Shown piece after piece: positions 12,401-25,030 of a stretch of 64,000 nt of DNA. The number at the start of each line of letters is the position of its first letter. Positions within the stretch are counted from its first letter, which is position 1. The DNA is from Styela clava (lineage: Eukaryota): positions 10,416,001-10,480,000 of the forward strand of contig NC_135251.1 in the NCBI RefSeq assembly GCF_964204865.1, in the 5' to 3' direction. The translations under genes and the position numbers were made by a program. Under the pieces are notes generated by a model that worked only from the letters and a program-made list of their open reading frames with translations, had not been told where the DNA came from and searched no databases.

Positions 12401-14809
12401 TAAACATAAACTGTCGGATTAAGATTCCATTTTTGAAAAATCCAAGTGTTGAGAAGGGTCACACTTAATGGACTGACGAGCCGGGATGTGACCTGCGGGC
12501 CGGCTGTCGGACACCCGTGCTTTAGTTTAAAAGATACAAAAGTTTTATTTCGGAATTCAACGCAACAAAGTAAAAAATCGAAAAGTGTATTAAATACTTC
12601 GCCAACCTGTCTTATGATGTTTTCAATCTCGATTGATGTTAGTTTTCCATTTGCTGATGACATCACGGATGATGCAGGTGACGTAACACGCCCATGAAAT
12701 GATCTTGATCCGTGTAATGATGACGAAACAATATTATTACGTAACGATATAATATTCCGTGGCCCGGTGGTCAGAATCGGTCTCGGAGAAAAAACTACAC
12801 CACGAGATGAAGGACGAAGATTTGAACGCTGCGGTGCAGGCGGTTTCATCACTTGTGTTGCCATATTTTCTTCTGTTTCAATGGTGGCGCTGTTTAATAT
12901 GACCTCTTCGGAAACAGGAGAGGAAGTAGGGGTCAAAGGTGGTAGTAATGTTGACTTCTCTGATGGATCTGGTGTAATGGTCGGAGCGGGTATTCTTGGC
13001 GACGGAAAAGGTGATATCCGGTATAAAGTAGCATTCAAATGGCATGCACTGCAATCCGGAGCTACCCGGAGTTTTAGCGGAAAAGAAGCCTGAAAAAAAA
13101 AAATAATTGCAAAAATAGAATCAGGCGTTTAAAAGTGCCGATTTGTGTAATAGAAGAGTTTCCTGACACTTGGCACATTTTAGTGATAACGGACTGACAT
13201 GAGAATACGTTTGAACATTCAGATTACGCAGGACTACCTACGTCGTGAACATAGAGTACAACTACTCCAACTAAGTTAGACTAACTGACAACTGTACTCT
13301 TTATATCTGCAGAAAACAGGCTCTATTAGAAAGCGGTGAACATTCAAGATTCCAGCCACTAAGCGCGCTGAAATGTTACTAGATCTAAACCAGTGGTCGC
13401 AAACTTTTTAAGATGCGCCCCCTTTTTAGAATTTATCTCGCGCTCCACGTCAAACATAGCTAGCTAACAATAAACTACAAATAAAACATGGTAAAGCGAA
13501 ATTATGATTTATTAAAAAAAACATGTTGAAAATACGTGGATAGAATTTAAATATTCAAACTAAAGAAATGTAGATATCCAAAGTAAATTGGAATCTGACA
13601 AATACGGTATTTTTATTTTTAATCAGCTTCACGCCCCCTCAAAAAATTGTCTACGCCCTCTTGTGGGGCGCGCTCCGCCGTTTGAGAAGCACGGATCCAA
13701 ACTGAACTCTTCGAAGGACTTGAATTTGATAGGGAGGAATCGTTAATAAATGTACGCACTGAATCACACATAAAAAAGTTTGTGTGAAAAAATAAAAAAA
13801 AGCTTTTAAGATTTACCAATAAATTTTAAGTTTGCTGTTTGTACAAAGTGCAAATCATGCTAAACCTGTAAAAACTAGTTTATTCCGCCAGGCGCCGAAT
13901 GTACTTCATTTACGACCCACTGCGAATGTTGTGTTTTCGATGGCAACGATTAATACATTTTGTAATAAGTTTCATAGAACACTCGCTAAACAATGCGGTA
14001 GCAAGTATCAGCCCGTTTTACGTTCCATTTAAACATTAATTTGTGTTTGAACGTAGAGAAATCACGGCTCTCATAACACTACGACGAGAAACCATTTTTA
14101 ATAAAGGTATCACAGAATATAGAACCCGAAAGACTAATTCGTACGCACAATTTTGGCATTTTTATTCTCAAACCCAAAATCTCAAGTAAAGGCAACGAGA
14201 AGCATAGCTTACTAAATGAATCCGTTTTCATCGGGATGCGCTCCAGAAGTATGTGTACCAATATGGAGGTACGGTGGCTAATTTTGTTTGCCTACTTTAT
14301 ATCAAGTTGCGTAAATGGACTGAAACCTATATCGGCAGGCGGTATATTCACTTGGCTAATACAGACAATCCCTGAAGTCGTAATAGAACTAAAAGAAGGA
14401 AAATCGGAATAAAATTATGGCCTAACCCTAACCTGGTGCACATACTTTGGGAGAAACGCTTATTGGATGAATGCGTTTAAATGGAAAGCTATAGAATACA
14501 GTCAAATATTACCTCCTGATTACGGGTCAATTAAATATTTATAGAGATCGACGTTTATCCACGCCGCTCGCTCATAACAAGGCTTTCTACAAAGATGTCG
14601 AACGATCTGTAAGAAGCAACATTCAAAGCAATCTGAACGCAGATCCCAAATACCAATTATCCAAATACAGTGTCATTTCAAAGCAACCCCTGGCCGCGTA
14701 AACGAAAACAACAAGATGTTCTTTTCAATACTTGGTTAAACACAAACCAAATAATCCCACAGAGTAATTATTTAACTTCTAGAAATCGAAAACTCACCTT
14801 TATCGCCAT
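455..14809 (-). CDS. EFCAB6: EF-hand calcium-binding domain-containing protein 6-like (multi-EF-hand), 5' part; gene continues beyond the left window edge
   Basis: Phase-consistent GT-AG exons on the minus strand: 14798-14809 (MAIK), 12607-13089, 11708-11860, 10590-10884, 9992-10163, 8985-9106, 8430-8578, 6872-7020, 6337-6448, 5884-6003, 4463-4599, 3304-3457, 1030-1145, 455-622. Repeated EF-hand pairs (FDYNRDGLIQRHELRRVL, FDSSQDGFISIDELKAVI, LDPQHTGFINYHDFL, LDHEGDGTISRSHLRRLM), each followed by an 'F...L.D.QF' linker, as in EFCAB6. Gene name is by recognition, not by search. Confidence 0.8.
1645..1844. repeat. Exact-period 100-bp tandem duplication including most of the left TIR of the DD41D element
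   Basis: 1645-1744 and 1745-1844 are identical except for one base inside the TIR. Confidence 0.9.
1849..2906 (-). pseudogene. DD41D transposase split by one frameshift near 2598
   Basis: N-terminal HTH part MAGRLTLQER…RSGRP…SPHKSIR (ATG 2906) and catalytic part with WSDEA, VWCGI, FMQDGAPPH and WPARSPDLTPCDFFLWG lie in different frames. 41 residues counted between the 2nd and 3rd catalytic Asp. Confidence 0.9.
3540..3775. mobile_element. 236-bp GG-terminal MITE (family A), 8-bp TSD CAAGAATG
   Basis: ~40-bp TIRs GG(T/G)GCTCCCGAAGTATGCGAACCAAGATGGCGGACATCGGAA; inner inverted GGTTAGGGTTAGG/CCTAACCCTAACC; near-identical to 11094-11329 and 32847-33082. Confidence 0.92.
4133..4298 (-). CDS. Candidate alternative terminal exon of the EF-hand gene (…YH/EFFDVLIKYRKNSKKP…AYCGLCCIYQ*)
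   Basis: tttag acceptor with AG at 4300-4299, in the phase needed to follow exon 4463-4599 (GA|A = Glu). Open to TGA at 4135-4133. Minus-strand AATAAA at 3789-3784. Confidence 0.45.
7324..7729 (-). mobile_element. Helentron-associated (HINE/DINE-1-like) non-autonomous element; truncated tandem copy at 7152-7323, fragments at ~208-427 and ~42187-42330
   Basis: Subterminal inverted repeats TGGACACGT (7349-7357) and ACGTGTCCA (7716-7724); internal (AAC)n-rich microsatellite; terminal mini-hairpin (GAGCATAGCTC on the minus strand, perfect in the tandem copy at 7159-7169) followed by TCTTGTT; no TSD. This layout matches Helentron-associated elements. Confidence 0.6.
8015..8124. mobile_element. 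~110-bp palindromic GG-terminal MITE (family C); other copies at ~21601-21687 and 60081-60196
   Basis: TIR GGACCTCCCGAAGTATGCGCACCAAGATGGCGCACAACCTGAAC; TSD TTTAAATC/TTTAAATT. Confidence 0.85.
9214..9421. mobile_element. MITE with CAGGGTG termini (Tc1/mariner-type)
   Basis: CAGGGTGTTAAAAACGTAACGCAAAATTAA … TTAATTTGCGTAACTTTTTCAACACCCTG followed by TA; internal imperfect repeats of AAACATTT.ACGACTGAC. Confidence 0.7.
11094..11329. mobile_element. 236-bp GG-terminal MITE (family A), 8-bp TSD GGGATAGG
   Basis: Same TIRs and interior as 3540-3775, opposite orientation; perfect TSD at 11086-11093 and 11330-11337. Confidence 0.92.
13391..13694. mobile_element. Degenerate hAT (Charlie-like) MITE
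   Basis: CAGTGGTCGCAAAC…TTTGAGAAGCACGG with flanks ATCTAAAC/ATCCAAAC. Confidence 0.6.
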
Positions 14810-14908
14810 TTCTTATCGTTCTCTCCCTAAACCGTAACTCGACTCGCCGACGAATTTGTCAAATGAAAAGCTAATTTTATGATTTATTTATTTATAAACG
14901 ATGCAATG

Positions 14909-14916
14909 TGACGTCA
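14909..14916. promoter_or_regulatory. Palindromic CRE (TGACGTCA) ~100 bp upstream of the EFCAB6-like start codon
   Basis: Exact TGACGTCA near the first coding exon; function is inference. Confidence 0.3.
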
Positions 14917-16256
14917 TAACGCAATTTTAGAGTTGACGGATTTCGAGCATTAGAATTGAAAATAAACGCTTTATTGACTCTTTTCTGTCGTAAAAGGACA
15001 GTGGGAGATTAAAATTTGCAAAAGAATTCATTTCCGATTATTTTTCAGATAAATGAGAATGCACGCGCTCTCGTATGAATTGTCAGAATAGTGACCGTGT
15101 TTCCCAACATAACCAGTCGCCGACAAAGATGTATCTATTCTCGAAGCTGTGATAACGTGCATCTTGGACGTGCAAACCGGGCATTATAGTGGAATAATGA
15201 TTCGCGCGCCTTCGAATTAGAAGATACCGGATATTTATGCGATTCTCTGTACTTTTCAGCTCAAAGATGAGTCTGAGAGGAAGTTAGTCCTGTTAGTTCG
15301 GAAACAAACTTGAAGATATAAATAGGCATGTGAAAATAGGATTGCTATACGGTGGAAAGCCGTTAAAACTATTAATATTGAATAATACTGAAATTTGCCT
15401 ATAATTGATTACTGATAAACAAACCCTTCCATTGCTCTTTAGGGGTAACAATTTGCGTGCTGAATGTCGAATTTTCCATTATTCAGTCTCGAAAAGCATG
15501 TGACCTTATTTTGAATAAAAAGGCTAAACAGCTGTCTTGCTTTAAAAAACTTCCGAGGTAAAGAAAGACGATAAAGTGACCTAATCATGTTAACTGTGCT
15601 CCATAATGTGCTTTTGCAATATTCTTTTAGAATGATTCTAATTTGACTTTCTATGCCTAAAACAACAAGATGTCGACAGCGATGTAAATATTATCGAATC
15701 TATGTCAACGATGGACATCGCAAACGAGAAAACAATGCTCAAATATATGGACACGAATATCAAATATAAGTGTTCCCGTGAATTAAAATAAAAATGCAAA
15801 ATCACGATTAAATAGCACGACTCACAAAACAGCAAATTACTCTGTTTTATGTTGCATCTATTATGATCTCCTCCTCGCTTTTAAACACTCAATCTTACAT
15901 TCTAAAATTGGATCTTTTGTACAAAGCCAGATAATAAAAACAAACGCCAACGATCAGAATAGGAAAATTATAAATTATACGGTTAGGGTTAGAAATACGG
16001 ATTGAGCTGAAAATTCAAATTTGTAAATCTTTCTCAACCACGACTAGATAACTACTAATTTGTTATTTTAAAACGAGGTGGAGTGTTTTTCTCAATTTTT
16101 AAGAGATCTAAAATTTTGTGCGTATATATATTGTACATATATAACTTATTAGGCTTCCGTTACCAGTAACATTCGTGAAATGCTTGACTATACCATTCCT
16201 ACTTTTGATCTGTACTGGTGACCGAACGAGGAGCCATGCTGCTAATATGCTGTTTT

Positions 16257-16502
16257 GGATCTTTTGTACAAAGCCCCCGCCACTGATGCAAAAATGTGAG
16301 ATTTAAGAAAAGCACCCGCCACGTTTTGAAATAAAAAATTAGTAAATATTCAATTGGGGTTAGAATTGGAAATGATTTGACAATTTGAATCTAAAGCGCA
16401 ATCCGCATTTCTAACTCAAATCCTAACTAGATAGTTACTAATTTTTTTATTTTGAACGTTGGCGAGGATTCTGTTTTGGCGAGGGTTTTGTATAAAAGAT
16501 CC
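16257..16502. mobile_element. Palindromic GG-terminal MITE (GGATCTTTTGTACAAAGCC TIR); older copy at ~15910-16108
   Basis: Long imperfect inverted arms; flanks GCTGTTTT/ACTGTTTA; the second copy contains GGTTAGGGTTAG. Confidence 0.75.
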
Positions 16503-17855
16503 ACTGTTTAATCAAATTTCTCTCCATTGGAATAAATATGAAAAATCATTATCCTATACCAAATACATATATCTCATCTTCGCAAACTTTGTCTTTCGTA
16601 ATGTCAAGACCGAAAAATACTGATTATTATTAATCACTTTAGAACAACACACTCATAAATTGCTCATACACTTTTATAGTCACACTATAGCTACCAGCTG
16701 TATCGATATAGCGCTAGCACAGACGCCGAAAGTCACCATTGGTTACAGAAGCCACTCAAGCGTGTAGTATTAAAGGGAGAGCATAAGACATCTTGAAGGA
16801 GGGTCGGAAAACGCTTTGTCGTGGTTAATTAACCCATTGTGCGCATCTGTCGTGTAACATGCACTTCATTATAGATTTATAAACACTCCAAAGTCTGGAA
16901 AGTGTTAAAGGTAAATAGTTGTTTTAAGCGATTATACAATACGCTAAAAGGGTGCCGATTCCAACTGACACGTAACAAAAGAGATAAGTTTTGTAAAGCT
17001 TGATTCAATAATGGGCTTGGTTATAAATTTATTGTCCGCGATATTTAATCGAAACAATGTTAAATGCTAACTTTATTGTACTATAAATCATAAAACTGTA
17101 AATTAAAGTGGAATTTTAGAGTAATTATGTATAAGTAACATTGTTTTTTTTAAGATATACTGTATTTTGTATCAAATGCGCTTTCGTTATTATATCGTGC
17201 CATTGCTAATATTTCATTTGAAAGCTGAAAATTAGGAAATGTGAGCACGTAACAATTTTATAAAAATTCAGTTAATTTGCATTACTGTCTTTCCAATACT
17301 GTTTTGTTCACGGGTAAGGATAAAATCTGTGGTTAGGTTGTTTGGCCTTTAGATTGTTAATATTTGAAAAAGAAAGTTTATTCAGGATGTTTCATTTGAC
17401 GTAAATGATACACGAACGAGTTCGTTGTTACAAGATTCTTGGTCACGCTATCAACACATTAATGGTAACCTAATCGGTTTATCGGTGTTGCTGAAATTAT
17501 GAAAAGTGGATTAAACGCGATTTGGGAAATATATTCATTTTCATGTGTTATGCACAGGGCGTAGTCAATGATTTTCAAGGGGGGGGGGGGGAATAAAAAT
17601 TTCTACATGCCAAGTTAGGACGTAGCCAAACAGCTAGCGAGTTTTCGAACGTCTTGATCTAAAAAGCGCTTCAAGCTACGAAAAGTCACTATGTAATATG
17701 TATGATACCTTTTTTCATTTCAAAAGGAGGATCCCCGACCCCCATTGGGCACAGTTTTTGCTCAAATTCGTATGAGGTTCTTTGGGCCTTCAAATCAAAC
17801 GGCCATATATAAAAAAAAAAAATTGAAGAGACGTTATGTCACGGGCCATAGTTCC

Positions 17856-17858
<3 letters not shown>

Positions 17859-17886
<28 letters not shown>
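17859..17886. repeat. (TA)n microsatellite
   Basis: Direct reading. Confidence 0.9.
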
Positions 17887-18263
17887 CTAACATGCTGACA
17901 CTTTATTCGTTGCTGTGTTTAAATCCGAATTTGTATTTAAAGATTCCGATCATAACACGCGCGAGAGAAAATACATATCCTGCTCTCTACTTCGGCCGTT
18001 GGGCTGGGCGTCGGTCGCTTTTGAGTTGTGTTTACTGTTTTTGCTGCTCTAGTTGTAGAGTTGCGGTTTCCATAAACAACCGATCCGGAATCTTGAATCT
18101 TCTGACAGATTAAACACATTAACAAATTCTAAAATGTAAGAATTAGTCTTACATATCGCTTATTCAATTTATCATAACCCAGGTAAGGTGGGCATGGATT
18201 TACGTCAGATATCCTTCACCCGTGGCGCCAACATAGTACGCGGCAACGATTAGTCAAGTAGAT

Positions 18264-18460
18264 CAGGGGTTGCAGCCTTTGACACAGAAGGGCCACATAA
18301 AAATAACTGGGTGAAAATGTGGGCCGCATTTTTATTCAACATAGGCTTTCTGGTTCTTGCGGGTACAAAAATTTCGGAGAAATAAATTTTAGCCCCGTGG
18401 CCGCTCAATTTTTCCTTGTGGACCTCATTTGGCCCGCGGGCCGCAGATTGCACAACCCTA
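18264..18460. mobile_element. hAT (Charlie-like) MITE; related fragments at ~31840-31885 and ~59590-59919
   Basis: CAGGGGTTGCA…TGCACAACCCT termini and GGCCCGCGGGCCGC subterminal motif. Confidence 0.65.
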
Positions 18461-18556
18461 AACTAGAACATCCCTTTTTCAGCGAAAATACTGATTATGC
18501 AAAACTATATCATGGTCACGTACTATACTAAAGAAATATCGCACGAATAAGACGTG

Positions 18557-19848
18557 TATGGTGGCCCATCGTTGTCACGTGTAAAATTTAAAAAAAAAAT
18601 GAAAAAATAAAATGAAAAAGCGAAAATAAAAAAATAGTTGTGAAAAAACATAAAAATAATTNNNNNNNNNNNNNNNNNNNNNNNNNNNNNNNNNNNNNNN
18701 NNNNNNNNNNNNNNNNNNNNNNNNNNNNNNNNNNNNNNNNNNNNNNNNNNNNNNNNNNNNNNNNNNNNNNNNNNNNNNNNNNNNNNNNNNNNNGGATAAA
18801 AAGAAAATAAAAAGGTTGACAACGATGGTCCGCCTCGTGGCCCATCGTTGTCACGCGTTTTTATTTTTAGAAAATTTGATGCTGCTTGGGACCAACGTTG
18901 TCAGACTTAATCCTACACGCACAAATGTGTTTCCAGCTCACTACTGATTTTCATGACCAATATCCAATAAATTCAACATGAAAATGTTCTACAAATTCTC
19001 CATGCTACAAGTTCAACCACAAGCAATATATTTATAATAAGGATAAGAGAATATAGAATTGGATACGAAAATTTGTTTTTACGTGTAGAAGGTAATTTAA
19101 TTGGAAAATGCTGCTTAACTGCTCAGACACTCGTGCGATGCCGGTACGGTATCGTCTGACCGTACCGGTACCCATGCAATCACTCGTGAAAGAATGGGAG
19201 ATGATGAGTGATTGTATGGCTACCGGTACGGTCAGACGCAAAGCGACTATAACCGACTACCGGTATTTGGTAAGACGGTACGGTACCGGCATCGCGAGTG
19301 TCCAGACAACTGAGTAGTTAAGCAGCATTCTCCAAATTACCTTATACACGTAAAAACAAATTTTCCGAATTTTCGTATTCAATTCTATATTCTCTTATCA
19401 TTATTATAAATATATTACTTCTTGTTGAACTTGTAGCATGGAGAATTTATAGAACATTTTCATATTGAATATTGCTCAAGAAAATCAGTAGTGAGTTTGA
19501 AACCCAGGGAACACATTTGTGCGCGTAGGATTATGCCTGACAACGTTGGTCCCAAGCAGAAGCAAATTTTCTAAAAATAAAAACGCGTGACAACGATGGG
19601 CCACGAGGCGGACCATCGTTGTCAACCTTNNNNNNNNNNNNNNNNNNNNNNNNNNNNNNNNNNNNNNNNNNNNNNNNNNNNNNNNNNNNNNNNNNNNNNN
19701 NNNNNNNNNNNNNNNNNNNNNNNNNNNNNNNNNNNNNNNNNNNNNNNNNNNNNNNNNNNNNNNNNNNNNNNNNNNTTTATTATCGGTTTTTTATTTTATT
19801 TTTTATTTTTATTTTCAATTTTACGCGTGACAACGATGGGCCACCATA
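18557..19848. mobile_element. ~1.3-kb foldback element with long inverted arms, flanked by GACGTG direct repeat; assembly gaps at 18662-18793 and 19630-19775
   Basis: TATGGTGGCCCATCGTTGTCACG at the left and CGTGACAACGATGGGCCACCATA at the right; arms are complementary over several hundred bp up to a central region ~19150-19280. Confidence 0.85.
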
Positions 19849-21984
19849 GACGTGATCGCATTCATTACGTGGGGTATGAGTGCGCGGCAGCATTATTGCC
19901 ACATTCGATAGAGTAGAGTAGACGATAATTAATTTGACAAACCTGGAAGTATGTTTAATACTATTTGTAAAACAGCTGTCCCATGACGATGCAGATGATT
20001 TATTCCGTTATTTCTGTGAAGTGTCCGGGCATGTTTATTAGTATTACAGCATGTCATCGGGTTAAGAATAGATTCTGGGAATTGAATAATTAATAATTTT
20101 TTTTTTTTTGACAGCATACTTGACTCGATTCAACATAAAAATAGGATAATTCATCGGTTCACAAATTTTGATGAATTTAGCTCTTGAAATACTCACTGCA
20201 AATTAATATCAATGTGTCACGGTGGAGACAGGTGAATTTATTTTGTTTCATATGCTCTCGAAAAACACTTCAAATCAACAAGTGCAGTGGAACAGAAAGT
20301 ATGGAAAATAAAGCCCGTGGTTAGATTCGATAAGCGTGCGAGCAATGTTCAAATATGTGGAAACGAAATGCGGCGATTCGTACTGCTATTGTAAGATAAT
20401 AGCTGTCTCTGAGCAGCGGAGTCTGTAGTGAAAATTGGCGGACAAGCTTGACGGAATAAAGTGTTCCATATTCCATAACAGTATTCTCATGTAATAAAAT
20501 GAAACAGCAAAATTTAGTTGAAATATCAGGTCCCATGGGAAACAATAGAAGTAATAGCCTTCTGATGATTACGTTACAGTTCTATTTAAGCACTGACAAT
20601 TGTAATCGATTGGTGGTCCATTAGTTGTAACCGACCAACGTATACGTGAGCCACACTACGACGGCGAGTAGTCCAGCAATCCTCTCTCACATAATTATCC
20701 GCCACGGCTACGGGATTCCAATCTGCGAGCCAACACAGGGTAATCAGAGGTGCAGACGCTTGCCACGATGAGCCTAAGATCTGTGCCCGGTTCGTGCCAC
20801 CTGCAATGCTATCGATACTTATCCATCCACTTGAACTACGTAAAAGTAAGATTTTGTATTGCGTAAGTTCTCGTTCGATACAAATTAGTTTAAAGCCAAC
20901 AATTCTGCCAGGAACATGAATTGTGCGGCTTTGCTTACATTGAATCCAGCAATGACTGCAACTTACATTGCCGATCCACAAGTGCAAAGAGGGAGTGCGT
21001 GCATTTATCATACGCGGCTCGGTGGTTTGCTCACCATGCGTTGGATCATGCTTGACATCGCCCCACCGATTACCCTGCGCGAGTCCGCGACATCGGGAAA
21101 TCACTCTATGAAGAAAGCCGGACGGTAGTCGATGTTCAGTTTAGATTCCTCCACCAACAGGGCTTATTATTAGGCTTTTCTCGGTACGAATACAAAAAGG
21201 CCCTACCTGGACGTCATCCAGCGATCTCCCACTTTTCTCAACCTTATATTGGACGTACATATCGTTGCTCGTTTTTTAATACAACTGTCGTGAAATTTAT
21301 TGTACTTTCTCAATTTTTTTACAAAGCTATTTGTAATATCACAAATCAGGTTACAAATCTACACTGTAGCCTAGGATCATATAATTGACCTAATTATGAT
21401 GTCATAAAATGCAATAATGTTACATTGCAGATTTAAACTTCATTACATCGGTTGTGATATCAAATTATGAATTTCTTCGAATTTATTTTGACAGTGAGTG
21501 TAGTCACAGAATACCCCATCTCTAGATATCGGCCAATATTTTCTAAGCTCTTGTGTCGCTACAGAGGACACAGCCAAGCCTTAATTATATGATAATTTGT
21601 GGTGCTCCAGAAGTATGCGTACCAAGATGTCGCACAACCTGAATTCTAACCGGTACACAACACTATGTTCAGGTTGTGCGCCATCTTCTTCCTAATTTGT
21701 TTTATTTGGCTCAGTATATTCTATATATTTAAATAAAACTATACTTAAATTAGTAATTATAGTGTGGTATCACACCTCAAAATTAAGAGGGGTGTCCACC
21801 CCCAATAGCGGGTGTAGGGAAATCACCCATTTGGCTTATTTTTTATAATAGTATGCGACTTGAACAAAAGAAGGTATGCGATTTGATGTTTGAAATTTTT
21901 TATTCAAAATGCATAATATTAACAAAGTAATAATAATATAGGAACCAAAAAAAACAAAGAGTAATTTCAATATCAGAGCTTGTA

Positions 21985-24900
21985 TCACGATTTCACACCC
22001 ATATATGTTTCATTCTTTTTCTTATTCGTTACTAGTTGAAATAAAGTCTCGTCATCAATATTATTATTGTCCAATTCACAGTGTTGTAGAGGTAGAATGT
22101 CCCATTCGAATACTGATGACATTTCTTTAAGAAATAGTGGCATGACTTCTTCAACTGTGACGTCTCTACCGGTTTGCAAGCTTAGAGATGTCACGCCTTT
22201 GTCTAAGATGCCACAAGGAACTATCCGTGAAAACCATAACATATCTGTGTTGCAATTTAATGCCAGTCCATGTGAATATGTTTTTTTCTGAGCATTAATA
22301 CCTGATGAAAATAAAGTAATTTAATAAGTATAACTTATCTCAAGCAAGCTCACAGTGAAATAAATAAAACACATCTGCGAGCAAAGTGAGTGAACACATA
22401 CAACTTCTTTTTGGCAATACCTTCCATCTTATATTCTGTACGCATTAAACCTTATCTAAGATGAGTCGACGGAGTCGAAAAAAACTTATCTAAGTTACCT
22501 TATCCTACCTACCCCCTTGGATAATTTAACAATAATGCTTGATATTTGAATATCGCAATTCATTTTATTAATATGGATACCAAGATATTTATACGATTCC
22601 ACATTTCTAAGAATAGCCCCCCCCCCCCCTCCCCCAATTTAGATTTTTTTCGACAACAAAAATAAAATAAACTTTGATAAATAAAAGTCTTAAAATTAAA
22701 CTGCCCATCAACTTATCAAATCTCACCCTTGAACTCACCCATTGCACATATTTTATCGTTCCCAACCCAAACTCCTGTGTGAGGAGATCGAATTCCTTCT
22801 ATATTGTACCTGGAAATACATTTCAGATTTGCTATTGAAAGAGGAAAATTCAATTCAAATAGAGAACTTGCGCACCCACTTTATGCTTTATAAAGCATTG
22901 GGCGCTCCAAAAGCATGTGTACGGTTATGGATAATTTTGTTCACCTACTTTACTTCAAGTTCAATAAAATTATGGCCTAACCATAACCTGGTACACATAC
23001 TCCGGGAGTACCAAACAGTGACATATAAACCATAATACTTATTATAAACATGAACAAGTTTGCATTGATAATTTTCTGCAAAATGCCCCATGAACTTAAC
23101 AAATAATGACTATCAATTCATAATATACCACAATATTGCATCTTCTTGCACAATCATCCAAAAAATAGTTACTCAATATTTATGGTAGATGTTTTGGTAA
23201 AAGTTGGATTAAATGGTTTTTTGGAAACTTTCTAGTCAATATGTGTATGAAATGACAAGCTATGATTAGCCGACCTCAGTTCCAAAAATAATAATTTCAA
23301 TGTGTGGTGGCTAATATGCAATTATACACAAATTACCACTTGGAAACTCAAAACCAGATAACAAAACATATTGAAATATAATGAATGACCTTACTTTTTA
23401 CAAAGGTTAATGATAACTTCTTCCAGCAACCAAACATACTTTCTTACACCGATTTCTATCTGAAGTTGACTGAACACAGGATAAACAACTAACTGACCTG
23501 GCCCATGAAATGTTATCAGACCTAGGAATGAAAGTAAATCACAATTTATGTACGAAGGGCTTGGATAAACATTTGCAACTCTTTGATATTGTAAAGCATA
23601 ATCTTTTGATACCCTTGGATATCGGAATCTTCCAATGATTATTGAATTCACTTTACTATGAAAAAGTGATGACGTGATGCATTGAAATTGATAAATTTTT
23701 ACAGACATATACTACCGTATATCAAATATAAAGTAATGATAGAACCTGTGTGAGATATTACTCTGCCATAAATTTGGAGCCTGGTAATGTTCCGTTGTAA
23801 TTTCTGGATAGTTAATCAAAAATAGTTAACAGAGGGCATCATTAGAAATGAGTTAAAATCATCTTGCCATTTTAAATATATTATATTCGTGGGTGGCAGA
23901 CATTGGAACGTAGTATGTGTACCAGACTACCAGGTTAGGGTTAGGCCATAATTTTATTCCAATTTTCCTTATTTTAGTTCTATTACGAGTTCAGGGACTA
24001 GCCAAGTGACTCCCGTAGTATTTGCACCTGAAATCATAGCCAAATCGGGTACACATACTACATTCCGGTGTCCGCCATCTTGATTCACATACTTCGGAAG
24101 TACCTATTCGAATATGCATAATATAGCATAATTTAGTGTATTCAGTAACAAAATATTTAATCTTTGAAAACTTTGATAGTATTGTAGTTGGTGAAGTGAC
24201 CACTGGTACTCCTTCCCTACTTAATGTCTTTTTTAACTGAAGCAATTAATTTTTATCTGAAATTTACCTCCTCTGTCAGTTTTCACAAAATCTGCTCCAA
24301 GACTTTCCAGTAATTTTTGCTCTTCATCTGTGTATTGCTTGTCTCTGTAACCTGTGTAATATTGTTAGCATTGAACAGTTGAATAATCCATGTGCATTTC
24401 CACATTAGGTGTAATTATTCTTTTTCAAGTTGAACTCAGACATAAGTATTTCTGAAGTTAACAAAACCTACCTATCGTATACACAGGGTTGTGTTGTAAT
24501 AATAGTAAAGTAGGACTTGCAACTTCTGGTTGAACTTTGTTCCAATTGACAAGATTGTGTTGAAGTTTTAAAGCCTGCAATAAATGAGACATTACATCAG
24601 TACATTGATTTCAATTGCATAATACCAAAATATCACACTTCCTCAAAAATTGAGGGTAAAATCTCCATGAATCGATGAAAAGGGGTTGATCAAAATATTA
24701 TAAATGGAGAAATGCATGATCTCATTTTGCAGCTTTGCCACCAGATACATTTAACATCTGAGGGCTGGGTGGTGTCTATGACTGCGTTAGGGCAAATTAT
24801 CCGTGTCTCATATAACTATGAAACTGCTAGAATGTATAATATTTAATTTTTTTTATTTGTGTTTGAATATTTTCGTTGGAGATACCTACAAAATTAAAAT

Positions 24901-25030
24901 GTCTATAGAATGTTTGAATGTCAAAGATACCGTACTGCCGTAAGTAAGATTATAATAAAGGCATGCTAACCTTTTTATATCTCACAGTTCCAAGATAAAA
25001 AGCACGCGCGAGTGGTCGAATCTTTTCCAT
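21985..25030 (-). CDS. LIPT2: Octanoyl-[ACP]:protein N-octanoyltransferase (lipoyltransferase 2, LipB family)
   Basis: Six phase-consistent exons: 24971-25030, 24472-24574, 24267-24351, 23395-23521, 22739-22809, 21985-22301. LipB motifs LLLQHNPVYTIG, TDRGGLITFHGPGQLVVYP, GVWVGNDKICAMG, HGLALN, FSRIVPCGI. Confidence 0.95.

Noticed and set aside
18523-19916. ORFs containing X runs
   Set aside because: They span N gaps within the foldback element.
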